Shown here piece by piece: positions 37,717 to 49,619 of a stretch of DNA of 64,000 nt. Source of the DNA: Candidatus Latescibacterota bacterium (GTDB lineage: Bacteria; Latescibacterota; UBA2968; UBA8231); the NCBI GenBank assembly GCA_965219385.1, contig CBDCNM010000002.1:1234936-1298935 (forward strand), written 5' to 3'. Numbering within the stretch: the first letter of the stretch is position 1; the number at the start of each line of letters is the position of its first letter. The notes beneath the pieces are model-generated. The model did no database searches and was not told where the DNA came from. It was given only the letters and a program-made list of their open reading frames with translations. The translations under genes were made by a program, and so were the position numbers.

Positions 37717-40503
37717 AGTGACCCCATTTCTCTGGACAGTTTTTGGGGTATAAAATCTAACGCTCGGCTTCATACTGGGCTTCGAATTCAGCCGGGGTCC
37801 GATAGGCTAACGCGGAGTGAATCCGCTTGAGACCTCTTCGAGAAAATAGCCGATACGTTGATCGGCTTCCTGGAAGGATTGATAGTCATTGAGATGGACC
37901 TCTTCTTCTTTGAGGGTACGAATGAGCCGCTCGGCAAAAGCATTCTCGGTGGGGCGCCCTTTGGCGGCTAAGCTGATTGGGACCTGTTGGCCCTGGAGCC
38001 GTTTCATATAACCATGGGCCAGATACTGCATACCCTGATCCGAGAGATGGATCTGCGGGGCCGGATGGTGGGCTAAGGCCTGTTCCAAGGCGGCATAAAC
38101 CAGCTCTTCGGTCAAGCTTTTTCCCAGATACCATCCGTGAATACCCCGGGTGAACATATCCATTAACACGGCCACGGTGCTAACTCGATTGTAGGTATTA
38201 GCGGTTGCAAAGAGGGCTCCTAATCTCGATAGTACAACTTGCTGAAGTAGAAAGAGTTGTATCCCACCGAGAAAGGAGCCCCAGATGGATATCGCCACCA
38301 TGATCGAAGCAGCTACCCATGAATTTAAACAAAAATTGAGCCAACAGTGCAAGGATTTGGATCTGGAACGACTGACCCCGCCCTTGGCCGAACAGATCAG
38401 CCAGGGCCTGAAACAGGCGCTGTCGTCGGCCGGCGTAGCCGGTTTTCGCACCTTTCTGCAAGGCTATGATGAAACGACCCCAACGCTGGCCATGGACGGG
38501 GGTTTGTATCGGTGGAAAAGGGCCCGTCCCAAGCGCTTTCTCACCCCCTTTGGGGAGATGGTGTTGGAAGCAATCTGTATCAACAGGACTGGGGAGGACC
38601 CACCTACGTGCCGTTGGATCGCAAATGGGGCATGGAAGGGGAGTTTGCGACCCTAGATGTACGGGAATCGGTGTTGTTTTCCTGTGCGCTGGTAAACTCC
38701 GGAAGAAACGGGGGGTTGTTGAAAAAAAGTGCGCTGTTTTAGCCCTCGGCTACGGCCATCCAGCATATCCTCGAAGAAACGGGGGGGGTGGCTCGACAGT
38801 GAGGGGGAAGATCTCAATGAAGCGATCCGGTCCGACGAGGCGATCCCGGACCAAACGCAGGCGTTGGTGGCCAGCTTGGATGGGGTCCATGTACGGCTGG
38901 ATGAGGAAGGGGTCAAACAAGGCCGACCGGTCGATTGATCCGGTCAAGCGAAGGAGGCGGAAACACCGACGTGTTTCAAACGGGCGATGGTGGGCAGCCT
39001 TTCCTCTTACGGGGCACCGCTCGAAGAGCAGACGACGCCCCCCCGGTTGGCCGCCCGCTATGTGGCCGAGATGCCCGAGGAAAAGGCTCTGAGTTTGAAA
39101 GCTCGGTTTGAAGCCGAGATCCGACAGGTCGAAGCCTCTCTGCCCCCCTCCGTCAAGAAGGTCCTGCGGTGCGATGGGGAGCGCGGTTTGTGGACCATGC
39201 GGAAGAAACGCCGCTGTTGGCCGACTACCGGATGTGGGTGGATTTCTATCATACCTGTGCACCTCTGGCCGATGCCGCCCAAGCGCTGTGGGGCGCCGGA
39301 TCCCCCCAAGCCAATCAATGGTATAATGAATACCGTCACAAACTCCTCCATGAGGACAAGGGCGTCCACCAGGTCCTCCGCTCGATCGACTATTATGGCC
39401 GAACGCGGCGTTTCTCCAAAACGCGACGCGAGGCGATTGATACGCAACGGACCTTCTTTCAGCGCAACAAGAAGCGGATGAACTATGGGGCCTTTCGTCA
39501 GCAAGGGTTGCCCATGGGCTCCGGACCGGTAGAAGCGGCTTGTAAATCTCTGGTGAAAACCCGGCTGTGTCGTTCCGGGATGCGCTGGTCATAGCCCGGA
39601 GGACAGCGTGTCTTACAGCTGCGAACGTACGTCAAATCGGAGCGCTGGGAGGCCTTTTGGAAGCAATACAAACAGCGCTGGCCAGCCCAGTAGGACCGGG
39701 CCGCATAGCTACGTAAAACCGAATGAGCACCGCACGGCCAAGTAGACCCACTCGGAGGGCAGCCGGATGTAGGTGATGTCGCCACACCAGATCTGATTGG
39801 GCTGGCTGGGCGTGCGCTGTTTGAGCCGGTTAGGATAAGGGGCCAGCCCCCGGGCCGAGTAGGTGGTGCGCACATAGCGTTTGACCTGGACCTGGAGTTC
39901 TTCCTCCTGCATGATCCGTTGGACGCGTTTATGATGGACCACTACCCCGCGTCAACGCAATTCTTCCGTCATGCGTCATTCCAGGGCAATCTGCTCGATC
40001 CGGCTGCGCAGCGGCCGGTCATCGGCCTGCTGGGAGCGAAAGTAATACGAACTGGTCGGACAGTCCAGCCAGCGACACAGCGATCGAATAGGATAGCGGC
40101 CAGCCAGCATGTCGATTACTTGCCGTTTCTGCGGGAGCGAGATTCCAGCCAGGTCGAGACTTTTTTTAACGCGGACAACTCCAGCGTCAACGCGCCGACC
40201 AGCCGCTCCAATTCGGCGATGCGTTGCTGCTCGGCCGAGGTATCGGCCGGCGTTTTAAAAACTTCGGCGGCGCCTTGGACTACTTGTTGACGCCAACGGG
40301 ATACGACTTCTCCGTTGAGAGCATGGGTCCGAGAAATGGCCGCTTGACTGCGCTCGCCTCGCAGCGCTTCGAGTGCGACCTTGGCCTTAAATTGAGGCGC
40401 ATAGGATGAACGATGCTTGCCCATAAAAGGACCTCCTTCTGGATGGCCGATCCTAAATCAAAACATTAGGATCGGGAGTGTCCAGAATTTGGGGGTCAGT
40501 ACA
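37714..40503 (-). mobile_element. IS3-family element, degenerate, interrupted by a nested IS
   Basis: TG...CA ends TGAAGTGACCCC...TGGACA and TGTACTGACCCCC...TGGACA. orfA 40116-40424 has an HTH (FKAKVALEAL); orfB fragments contain WCGDITYI and ENAFAERLIRTLKEE. Confidence 0.9.
38175..39732 (+). mobile_element. ISKra4/ISLre2-like element, transposase pseudogene
   Basis: Imperfect TIR CGGTGCT(A/C)A(C/T)TCG, 8-bp target duplication CACGGCCA, motifs DFYH and GSGPVEAACK...SGMRWS, several frameshifts. Confidence 0.85.
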
Positions 40504-40519
40504 GTAGGGGCTGACCCCT

Positions 40520-41040
40520 TTCCTTGAGATGGTGCTTGTTGGATGCATCAAAGGATACAACGCCGAATAGGGTTGATGGTAGACGATGAGCACCTCCTCC
40601 ATGGCGCAGACAACCTCGGCGTTGGCCTGGGGGGCATGCGCCATTGTTTTTTCAACCAAGGCTTAAGTTCGTTTTTTTACCAGCCAACGCACACTGCAGG
40701 CCAACATCTGCTCGACCTGCTCAAGTCGCACCACTTCGTCGGCTAATAGTTGCAGGGTCCATCGCTCACGCCCGGGGGGCGTCTTCGAACCGGCCAGCAT
40801 GCTCAGATGGGCCTCATGCCGACCATCAAACGTTTGATTGCCCGGATGGGAGCGCTTCTTTCGATGGAGGGGCCCTTCCAGGCCCTGTTCGACGAAGGCT
40901 TTGCGCACCCGCTCGACGGTGGGCTGACTCACCTCCAGGGCTTGGCTGAGGTGGGTATCGGTCCAGCCGGCTTGATCGGCTTTGAGTAGCATACGGGCGC
41001 GGGTCCGTTGTTGGGCCGAAGACGTGCCCGTAGAGATGAA
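40520..41040 (-). mobile_element. IS630-family transposase fragment
   Basis: LLKAD...TVERVRKAFVEQG...PPGRERWTLQLLA and MEEVL..YHQPY segments; truncated. Confidence 0.8.
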
Positions 41041-41387
41041 CTCTAATAAATAGGACCGCTCCGCTCAAAAGGATGTGGTAGCGTTTGGATGCATGAAAAC
41101 TTCCTTGAGATCGGAAAAAGAGCATGCAATTTCAAAGATCGTTCTTCTTGGCCCATCCATCAAATAAAAAATGGCATGATTTTTCTTGTATTCGTTTCCA
41201 TCGCGTCTCTCCTCTGTTAGAGATGGACATCCCGGTCTTTGGTGCCGGGCCTTGTCCACGTTCAACAGAGAAGAACGCTTCTGCCTATTCGCCAAGGCTC
41301 GGGGCGCTACCCCTCGCCGGGTCTAAGGGCTGTTCTATTCAGCAGAAGCCCCGACCGATCGGGACTGCTGAACGTGGACGCTTTAAT

Positions 41388-43086
41388 TAGTGGGCACTAA
41401 TCGTACAAGTGGCAAAATAAAGTTGAGAATTCATCAATACGCCCTATCTTTTCTCCGGTTCTCTATCCAAGATTAAAGGAGTCGTTAAGATGGGCAAACT
41501 TCGTCCGTTGTGTCATTGGGCCACAGGCCCGGGCCAAAGTATCGATGTATCCCAGTTTGTTCCACCGAGTCACCCACTTCGTCAGTGGGCAGATGTTCTG
41601 CCCTAGTCAAAGTTCGTTGCGGCCGTTGAGGAGCGTTTTGCGCGTCGATTTCTCCAACAACGATCTGGCGGTCAAGCGTCGCTCCCGACCCGGGTATTGT
41701 TGGCCTTAGAGTTGCTCAAGGCAGAATTGAACTGTTCAGACGAACAGCTCTGTGCCCGGTTGCGCACGGATTTTGGGGTGATGTATGCCTGTGGGATCCA
41801 ACCGGTGAAAGTGGATCGATCCCAGGCGCACTATGTGCTTCCAGAGTCCTTGTGTCAGTTTCGCAGTCAAATCGACGAGGCGTTGATGGCCCAGTTCGTG
41901 GCCATCCAGGGTGCAGAGGCCATGGAAGAAGGGTTGGTTTCTCCCCAGCCCCTGGTGGTCGATACGTTTCCCTCTGAGCAAGGATCCCAACGGGTCACAG
42001 ATGCCACGACGCTTTATAAGGCAAAAAAAAGTCCTCCAAATCATCCAACAAATAGCCCCTTTCACCGCAGGGGGCCGCCGCATCAAAGCCGAAGCAGAGG
42101 CCTTGCAAGGGGATCTCAAGGCGCAGATGCGCACCTTTGGCAGACAATGCCGGGGCAAGAGCAAAGTCTATCTCAAATGGGTTCGAGAGACTGAAAAACG
42201 GCTGCTTACTATTGGATATCAGGTTGTGCCACTTGCCCTTTGCGCCCAGATGCACCGGCAAAAAGACATCGCCATAGACCAGGTGCAGCCAGAGGGATTG
42301 ATGCACCAACTCGACCAGGCTCTCGAGGCCCATCGACACATTGAAAAGCAATCACGCCAGTGGGTCAACGGGAAAAAGGTGGATCACTGTAAAATCGTCA
42401 ACGCCTATGATCCGACGATCGCCCCGATCCAGAAAGGCAAGAGCAACGGTCCCTGCCAATGCGGGAAAAAACCGGGTATCATCGCTGAGATGGGAACCGG
42501 CTTCATCTTTGGCTATCATCTGCCTGTGGGCAATCCAGATGATGCCTCTTATGCCTTGCCTCTTGTCCAGACTGTTGAGGGGGCCATCGACTTGCTCGAC
42601 TTTGCATATCCCAGACGAAAACCGCTCATTCGGTCTTTGGCTGGCGACTTGGGATTGGATGATCCCACTCTGAGAAATCAGCTCCACTCAAGAGGGATCG
42701 CAACCCTGGGCATTCCCCGTTCAATCGAACCGATCCCGAAAGTGCCGACGCCTAAAATGATCGAGGAGGCGCTTCACATACCCGGCTTGGAAGAAAAACA
42801 AAATGCCACTCAGATCAAAATTGCTCACGCCTGTGCCTATAGTCGTCCCTTCGTTGAAAACCTGATCACAACCCTTATCTGTCGAGGGGCAACACGGATC
42901 AAATATCGTGGACATCAAGGCGCATCTATTCAAATTGGCATGGCGATGGTGGCTGCCAATGCGACCACTTTAGTGCGGATCAAACACGACTGTCTCTCCA
43001 AACGGGCGCAAACGTTCCGCCATTTGTTCCGACTTAAACCTCCCAACTCCAATAAAAACAACACACCGAATGTTTAGTAGCCACTA
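41388..43086 (+). mobile_element. IS5/IS1182-like element with inactivated transposase
   Basis: TIR TAGTGG(GC/CT)ACTAA at both ends. ORF starts at ATG 41490, has an internal TAG at 41604 and changes frame at the A8 run 42023-42030; DUF772-like N-terminus and LVVDT. Confidence 0.75.
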
Positions 43087-43221
43087 ATTATAAGAAAAAT
43101 TTGGCGGCACTGGTGCGCGTGCAGTCCACCGAAAAAGCGCCTGTAGAAAAATTGAAACTTGAATTCACTTCGACCTGCTTATCCAGGCCGCAACCACGAT
43201 CGCATCGGAGCGCATAGTACC

Positions 43222-44948
43222 ATGACGGAAAAACGACCATTGCCCTACAGATGGCCGCCGCGCATCATCTTCAACACCGACGGCTGCCTGGTCTTCAAGT
43301 ACCTCAAGCGCCGCAATCCCGACGACGTGACGGCCGTGTTCGTGCCTCTGGCAGAGACCAGCGTCGTCGACGTGGTATCCGTACTGGTCGGCATCAACGA
43401 CGACCTGTGTTGGCGCGGTAGCCCCCACGGAGAACTCTGGGGCGAGCACATGGGCACCCCGATCCAGAACCTGTTCCCCGGCGGCGATTCCACCCGGACG
43501 TCAAGTATCGCCATGAACATGGTCCCTTCCGATCTTCTCCAGATGAATCTGGCCGCCATGGTCGACGACGGCCACGACGTTTTCCAGCTCTACGTCGAAC
43601 GCGCCCGCCAGACCGGACTGGGCATCTACGCATCCTTCCGCATGAACGACGCCCACTGCAACATGGAGCACCGCATGGCCGATGCCCGGCGCTCGGCCCT
43701 CATGGTGAGCCGCCCCGACCTGCTCATTGGTTCGCCGGCCCCCTACCAGACAAGCGGGTATGCCGAGGACTTCAATTTCTCCTGGCAATGGGACTATGCC
43801 CGGCCCGAAGTGCGCCAGCGCTTCCTGGGCCTCTTCAACGAAACCCTCACCCGCTACGACGTTGACGGCCTGGAACTGGACTTTTGCCGCCAGCCCCCCT
43901 TTTTCAAACCTCACCAGGGCTTCAAGCACATCGCCGAGATGACCAACCTGATGCGCCAGGCCCGCCAGACCGTCCGTGGCCACGCAAGCCAGAAGGGCAA
44001 AGACCGCGTGCTGGTGTGCCGCGTCCCCTGCAGTTTCGATGCCGGCACGGAACTGGGCCTCGACGTGGAAACCTGGCTCGAGGAGGGCCTGGTGGACATC
44101 GCGGTGATCTCTTCGCCCGGAGGCTGGCAGCTGGAGATGGATGTGGCCCGGGCCGTGGCCGCGGCCCGGAAAAGCGACGCGCTGATCTACGTGGGCTCCG
44201 CCGGGACCTACAAGGCCTCGCCGCAGGACGGCTACGAGAGAGGCCAGCCCTCGTTGCGGCGCGCCATTGCCCTCAACGGCTACAAACAGGGCGCGGCTGG
44301 CGTCCACCTCTTCAACCACGACTACGCCAACCACCGCGCCGAGCCGGTGGCCGAGGGCGACGAGAGCGACATGCCCCTGGTCGAATCTCCCCCCCCTACA
44401 GCGGCCTGCAGGCCTCCTTCGATTCGGACCGTTTTACCAGAAAGGACTTGCAAACCCTGCGGGATCTGGGCGATCCTCAGGTCCTGGAAGGCCTGGATCG
44501 TTGCTACCACCTGAACGACAATGCCTACCCGGGAGATTTTCGCTCTCAGCTACCGCGCAAGCTCGCCCTCATCGGCCGCGGCGCCGGGCCGGCACACGCC
44601 CTGCGCCTGCTGGTCAAAGACGACATCGAAGGCGGCCGGGCCGACGGCCGCATCGCGAAAACCGAGCTGCGCTTGCGCCTCACCCAGCACCAGCAGTGCA
44701 TGGAGCGGATTCGCTGCGAGGTAAACGGCCGGCAGGTAGACCTGCTCGCGGCGTGGAAGATTCAAAACGCCCTCGGCGAGGAATGGCTGGTAGTGGACGA
44801 TCCGCCGCTGCGCCAGGGGGAAAACACGGTCCTGGTGGTGCTAGAGGGTTTTACCCTGCCTAAAGGATACGAGCAGATAGGGCCCGGACTGAGCGGGTCC
44901 TGGCCCACTGTGCACCAGTGCGAGTTGCTGGTCAAGTGTCGGGAGTAG
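43222..44948 (+). pseudogene. Glycoside hydrolase-like TIM-barrel protein (GHL10/DUF187-like), frameshifted
   Basis: IIFNTDG, SFRMND.H, DYARPEVR, YDVDGLELDF.R; frame change at C8 run 44389-44396. Confidence 0.7.
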
Positions 44949-45004
44949 TGTTTATCTTCAAACCACGAGCCCCTCCAGCCCCTTCCTGGTCACCTCAACC
45001 CCAA

Positions 45005-45095
45005 AACCCAGCGCAGCGCTTTGGGCTCAGCGGACGCGGGCGCATCCACAAAGGCTTTTTCGCCGACCTGGTAGTCTTCGACCCGGAACGGACAC
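45005..45095 (+). pseudogene. Amidohydrolase C-terminal remnant
   Basis: NPAQRFGLSGRGRIHKGFFADLVVFDP. Confidence 0.6.
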
Positions 45096-45284
45096 CTATG
45101 ACGACCCTTGCCAGTTTCCCCTCGGGATCCCCTTTGTCCTATGGACCAGAAAAAGTGCACCGGGGTCCTGGCCGGCCACGCCGTTCCGTGACGATCTACT
45201 CCTATAAATCGAATGGAGTATCCACACGTAGTACCTCGTTGGACTCCCGCTGATATCAACTTCCCCCCACGCACGGCCAGGCGT

Positions 45285-46555
45285 CTAACTGCGCCTGGCC
45301 GTGCTGTCCCGCGGACGCTGCGCGGCCAAAGACGAGAGGCTGCCCAGCCTGCTCAGCGAGGGGAATAAACCGGTCCAGGCAGCCACCACCACCAGGGTGC
45401 CTATACCCCCGCTGACCACGGAGATCACCGGGGTGAAAAGCTGGGCCACCAGACCCGACTCGAAACCGCCGAGTTCGTTCGACGAGCCAATAAAGATGGC
45501 GTTGACCGCAGAGACGCGGCCCCTCATTTCGTTGGGGGTGCTCATTTGCAAGACGACGTGGCGAATGACCATGCTGACATTGTCGAAGGCGCCCGTGAGA
45601 GCCAGCATGAAAAGGGACAGCCAGAAATTCTGCGACAAGCCGAAGACGATGGTGGCGACGCCGAAGCCAGCCACGCATCCGAAGAGCGTCTTTCCGGCTT
45701 TTTGCATGGGGGGCAAATGAGCGATGAGCAGGGCCGTGATACAGGCGCCGACGGCGGGGGCGGCGCGCAGCCAGCCGAGCGCCTCTTCGGGGCCTATGCC
45801 GACGGATTCCAGGTCGACGATTTCGCGGGCGAAGATGGGCAGCAGGTAGACGGCGCCGCCGAGCAGCACGGCGAACAGGTCGAGCGAGCTGGCGCCGAGC
45901 AGTAGCTTCTGATGCCAGACAAAACCTACGCCTTCGGCCATCTGACCCAGCATATTGCCGCGCGGGCTGCGGGGGGCCGGCGGCAGGCGCATGGTGGAGA
46001 GGAAGGCGATGAAAGCCGCAGAAGAGAGGGCGCTGAGAACATAGGCAGCCTGGATATTGAAAACGATGATAAAACCGCCGATGGCTGGACCGCCGATGGC
46101 AGTGATCTGCATGAAGCTGGTGCGCCATTTGACGGCGTTTTCGAAGGTGTTCTCCGGCACCAGTAAGGGCATGATGGCGGAGCGCGCCGGCCAGCCCAGA
46201 CGCATGAAGATCGAATCCAGAAAGAGCAGGAGATACATCCACTCGATCGGCACCTGGTACCAGCTGAAAACGGCCAGGCCCGCAGAGGCGACGGTGGCGC
46301 CGGCCAGGCTGAGCATCATGAGTTTGCGGCGGTCGAAAACGTCGGCCAGATAACCGGCGGGCAGGGTGCAGAGCAGATGGGGATGGCCTGGACGAGGCCA
46401 ACCAGGCCCAGAGCGAGGGCCTGGTTGGTGCGGTCGTACATTTCCCAACCGATGGCCAAGCCCTGGGCGGCAGTGCCCATGCTCACCAGGGAGGTGGCGA
46501 TGAGGTAGCGGCGAAAGGGAGGGACGCGCAGGGCGCTGTAGGCGTCGTGGGGCAT
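45285..46555 (-). pseudogene. MFS transporter (EntS-like), frameshifted near 46376
   Basis: MPHDAYSALR...LALGLVGLVQAIP in one frame; AGYLADVFDRRK...LDLFAVLLGG...MRGRVSAVN in another. Confidence 0.8.
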
Positions 46556-46596
46556 GGCCAAAATTGTCGACTGAAGGCCGGGGGTCTTTGTCAAGG

Positions 46597-47330
46597 TTGA
46601 TTCCGTCGCAAAAACCCGGTTGTTCGAGGGGCGGTTTCTGCTCTGAGTTTTGTGTCCGTCATGCACCCATCAACGTTGCCCTGAGCGTCTGCTCCTTCGA
46701 GAAGGGGCCGCCCGGATATATGGCGGATCCTCGCCGCTCGCATCGACGTGGAAGTCGGCGCCCGTCAAAGGAGGCGGCTCGGGCGCCCTCGCTTCGACCG
46801 CTACGGGCCGGCCGCTCACCGGGCGGACCAACTCGGTGCCGATGCGAGCGGCCTCCACGGCATGCTCGGCCGAGCCATAGGCGGTGTCGGCCACCCACTC
46901 CTGCGGCAGCTGGTCGCGCGCGGCCAGATCCTCGAGGATCGGCATCGTCGTTTGTGCATCCCTGGCGCAGGAGTGGGTCAGCTCCACAGGCGTGATCACT
47001 TGCAGGGGGTTGTCCTCGTGACAGGTTTCAACCCCCTGCGCTTCGTAGCCTTTGCCCGTGCGCGCGTTGGAGGGGGCGTCGGCATCGTGAGGCCTCTGCA
47101 ACGACGCCCTGCGGACCTCGTTGGGCGCCTTCAGCACTACCGGCACGCCGCCTTCGCCGGCATCGTCGTCGGCGCGGCGCGGACGCTTTTTCTTCTTGAC
47201 CACGTGGCACTGCTTTTCGAGCAAGCGCTGCACCAGAGCATACTCGTCCAAGGCCTCGGCGGCGGTGCCGGCAAACAACTCGCACAGACGATACAGGGCC
47301 CGAGCGCACACCGATAGGTGGCGCTGTACC
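46597..47330 (-). mobile_element. IS1182/IS5-like transposase fragment with one end
   Basis: SLQRPHDADA...GKGYEAQ..ETC...ADTAYGS; end-like sequence TTGATTCCGTCGCAAAA. Confidence 0.65.
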
Positions 47331-47334
47331 AGGA

Positions 47335-47690
47335 CGACCGCAACCGAGATGACCACCCGCCGGCCACTGCCGTCGCCAGGTTGGCCGGCACCCACAGACC
47401 AAGACCGGGAGCTGCGGCGTCGACCAGCACCTGCAGGGCTACGGTAAGGAACGAGACCGACAGGAAGAGCACGGCGCACCGGGAAGCGTCGATCTGTCTC
47501 ATGGCCGCGTTGTAAGTCGCCCAGGATGTCACCAGCAGCAGGCCGCGAATCCCCACCAGCACCAGCAACAACGGCACCGCCACCGGGGCCGGAGCCTCCG
47601 GCGCGCCAATGCTGAGGTGCAGGAACGGTCCCAGGAAGACGGCGCCGACCAGCAGCCCGAGCCCGGTGACTAAGACGAATATACGGGATT
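47335..47690 (-). pseudogene. Membrane transporter fragment (EamA/DMT-like)
   Basis: Three to four hydrophobic helices with YNAAMRQIDASRCAV; no intact start or end. Confidence 0.4.
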
Positions 47691-47894
47691 CCCGTAGTTG
47701 TATCAATGGTGGTATTCGCTTCTGTACGGCTCGTTTCCTCAGATTTTTCCTGATCTACCTCTGCTCTACCCTCCCATCCTTCCCATGTCTCAGCAGATTT
47801 TTCATGTTCGTGGAAAATTCCACATTGAAAATACCCGTATCTCACGTATTGTCAACTAGTTAGAAACAGGAAGAGAATGTTGGGACGGGGCATT

Positions 47895-48314
47895 TACCGT
47901 CGGCCCTGCCTGGGGTGGGCGTCTGCGCCCCATCGCCGCACGGACCGACCCCGCGTCCATACGGCGTTATCTACAAGGCGGCGGGCTAGCGACTCAACCT
48001 CCGCCGATTACGCCGCCCCGCCCCCCACCCCAGCAGGAGTGGGATTTCGCCGCATAAGCCCAGGCACGATACGCTATGGCTGCGGCCGCCCCTCGGCCTC
48101 CTCGAAGGCCATCTACGCCCTGCCCCTGCCCCTCTCGAACAAGCCCTGGCCGCCAGCGGGCCGGCCGAGTCGACAGCAGACGCCCTGCACAGGCCGCCCC
48201 CCAGCAGGGCCGACGTCCTAGCCAAGAGCGCCGCGACGCACAGCCAGGCCGCTCCAAAGACACCCACACCGCTTGACCTGACCCCCTAAAAAACCCTTTA
48301 TAATTCCTAAGTAC
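47895..48314 (+). mobile_element. IS91/ISCR 3' end (oriIS side), copy 1
   Basis: Close match to 51200-51366 plus 52487-52759; ends TTTATAATTCCTAAGTAC. Confidence 0.75.
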
Positions 48315-48374
48315 ATGTCCAAGGGGGCGGTTTAGTCGTTTATTCAGACGCTGGGCGACGCTTGGCCGCGGCAG

Positions 48375-48530
48375 GGGGTGTTCGTCAACGGTGTCGAGCC
48401 AGGCCGGGCGCTGACCGACGTGGTGGTGCCGCGCTTTGACGAGGCACACCTGCACGATCCGGGCAACCCGATGGGACGCTACTCAGACGCCGCGGAGGTG
48501 GCCGAGGTAATTGAGTTTTTGTGCTCGGAG
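48375..48530 (+). pseudogene. Short-chain dehydrogenase C-terminal remnant
   Basis: VFVNGVEPG...PMGRYSDAAEVAEVIEFLCS. Confidence 0.55.
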
Positions 48531-48619
48531 TGGATACGTACACTACGGGACCAGTGTGGAGTGTGAAGGGGGGGAAGGGGTGAGGGAAAGGTAACGGCAA
48601 TGGAGGAAAAGGAGGAATT

Positions 48620-49216
48620 ATGAACACTACCCATGAGATTGGAGACCTAAAACAGCGCGCCGATAAAGGCGATCCGGAAGCACAGTATAAACTTGGCTGG
48701 CGGTATTCCGCCGGTCGTGGTGTGCGGCAAGACGGCGTAGAGGCGGCAAAGTGGCTCCGCAAGGCAGCCGAGCAAGGGCATACTAAAAGTCAGAACGTCC
48801 TTGGCATGATGTATTCCATTGGTCATGGTGTGCGGCAAGACGGCGTAGAGGCGGCAAAGTGGCTCCGTAAAGCAGCCGAGCAAGGGCTTGCTCAATCCCA
48901 GCATAACCTTGGCGCGATGTATGCCATTGGCAATGGTGTGCCGCAAGACTATGTGGAGGCGGTGAAGTGGCTCCGTAAAGCAGCCGAGCAAGGGCTTGCT
49001 CAATCCCAGCACGACCTTGGCGTAATGTATGCAAATGGCCAGGGCGTGCCGCAAAACTATATGGAGGCATGCATGTGGTGGAATCTCGCCGCGGCACAGG
49101 GTAACGAAGAGGCACGTGAAAAACGCGATATAGTTACCAAAATGTTGACCGCTTCTCAAGTTGCCCATGCCCAGTGCCGGGCACACGAAAAGATGGAAGA
49201 GATTCACGATGAATGA
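48620..49216 (+). CDS. Sel1-like repeat protein
   Basis: AGGAGG RBS; four 36-aa SLR units (QxxLGxxYxxGxGVxQ[DN]xxEAxxW); no signal peptide. Confidence 0.93.
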   Translation: MNTTHEIGDLKQRADKGDPEAQYKLGWRYSAGRGVRQDGVEAAKWLRKAAEQGHTKSQNVLGMMYSIGHGVRQDGVEAAKWLRKAAEQGLAQSQHNLGAMYAIGNGVPQDYVEAVKWLRKAAEQGLAQSQHDLGVMYANGQGVPQNYMEACMWWNLAAAQGNEEAREKRDIVTKMLTASQVAHAQCRAHEKMEEIHDE

Positions 49217-49619
49217 AGAAGAAACACTTGAGGAGGCGCTCCACCAGAAGTTCCGCGAAACAAATACAATACACTGGAATTTGGAGCAAGATACTATTAT
49301 CACCACCGAAGATAAGCTCAGCCTTTGTCTGTACAAAAATATTGACCGTCTCGATGTCAAACGGAAGTGGTGGACACCATCGGCTCTCTTGGTGACACTC
49401 ATTCTTGCACTAACCACGACTGAATTCAAAGATCAATTCACTATTCCCGCAGCAACTTGGCAGGCGATTTTCTTAATCTTGACAGGAGCCTCACTAATCT
49501 GGGCTGTTGTGGCTATATGGAAAGCGGTCAGAGTCAAAGTATCTGTTGAATCAATAGTATCCGAAATCAAGCCGCAGCCTGCAGAATTCCCACAGGGAAA
49601 AAGCAATGATCGCGATTGA
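49209..49619 (+). CDS. Hypothetical two-transmembrane protein
   Basis: ATG overlaps the Sel1 gene end (ATGAATGA); two hydrophobic helices after TTEDKL...WWTP. Confidence 0.75.
   Translation: MNEEETLEEALHQKFRETNTIHWNLEQDTIITTEDKLSLCLYKNIDRLDVKRKWWTPSALLVTLILALTTTEFKDQFTIPAATWQAIFLILTGASLIWAVVAIWKAVRVKVSVESIVSEIKPQPAEFPQGKSNDRD

Noticed and set aside
46670..47845. 391-aa ORF in the track
   Set aside because: Chance read-through joining an AT-rich fragment, an off-frame transporter remnant and a transposase fragment.
48680..49060. Regularly spaced DNA repeats
   Set aside because: The 108-bp period matches the 36-aa Sel1 coding repeats.
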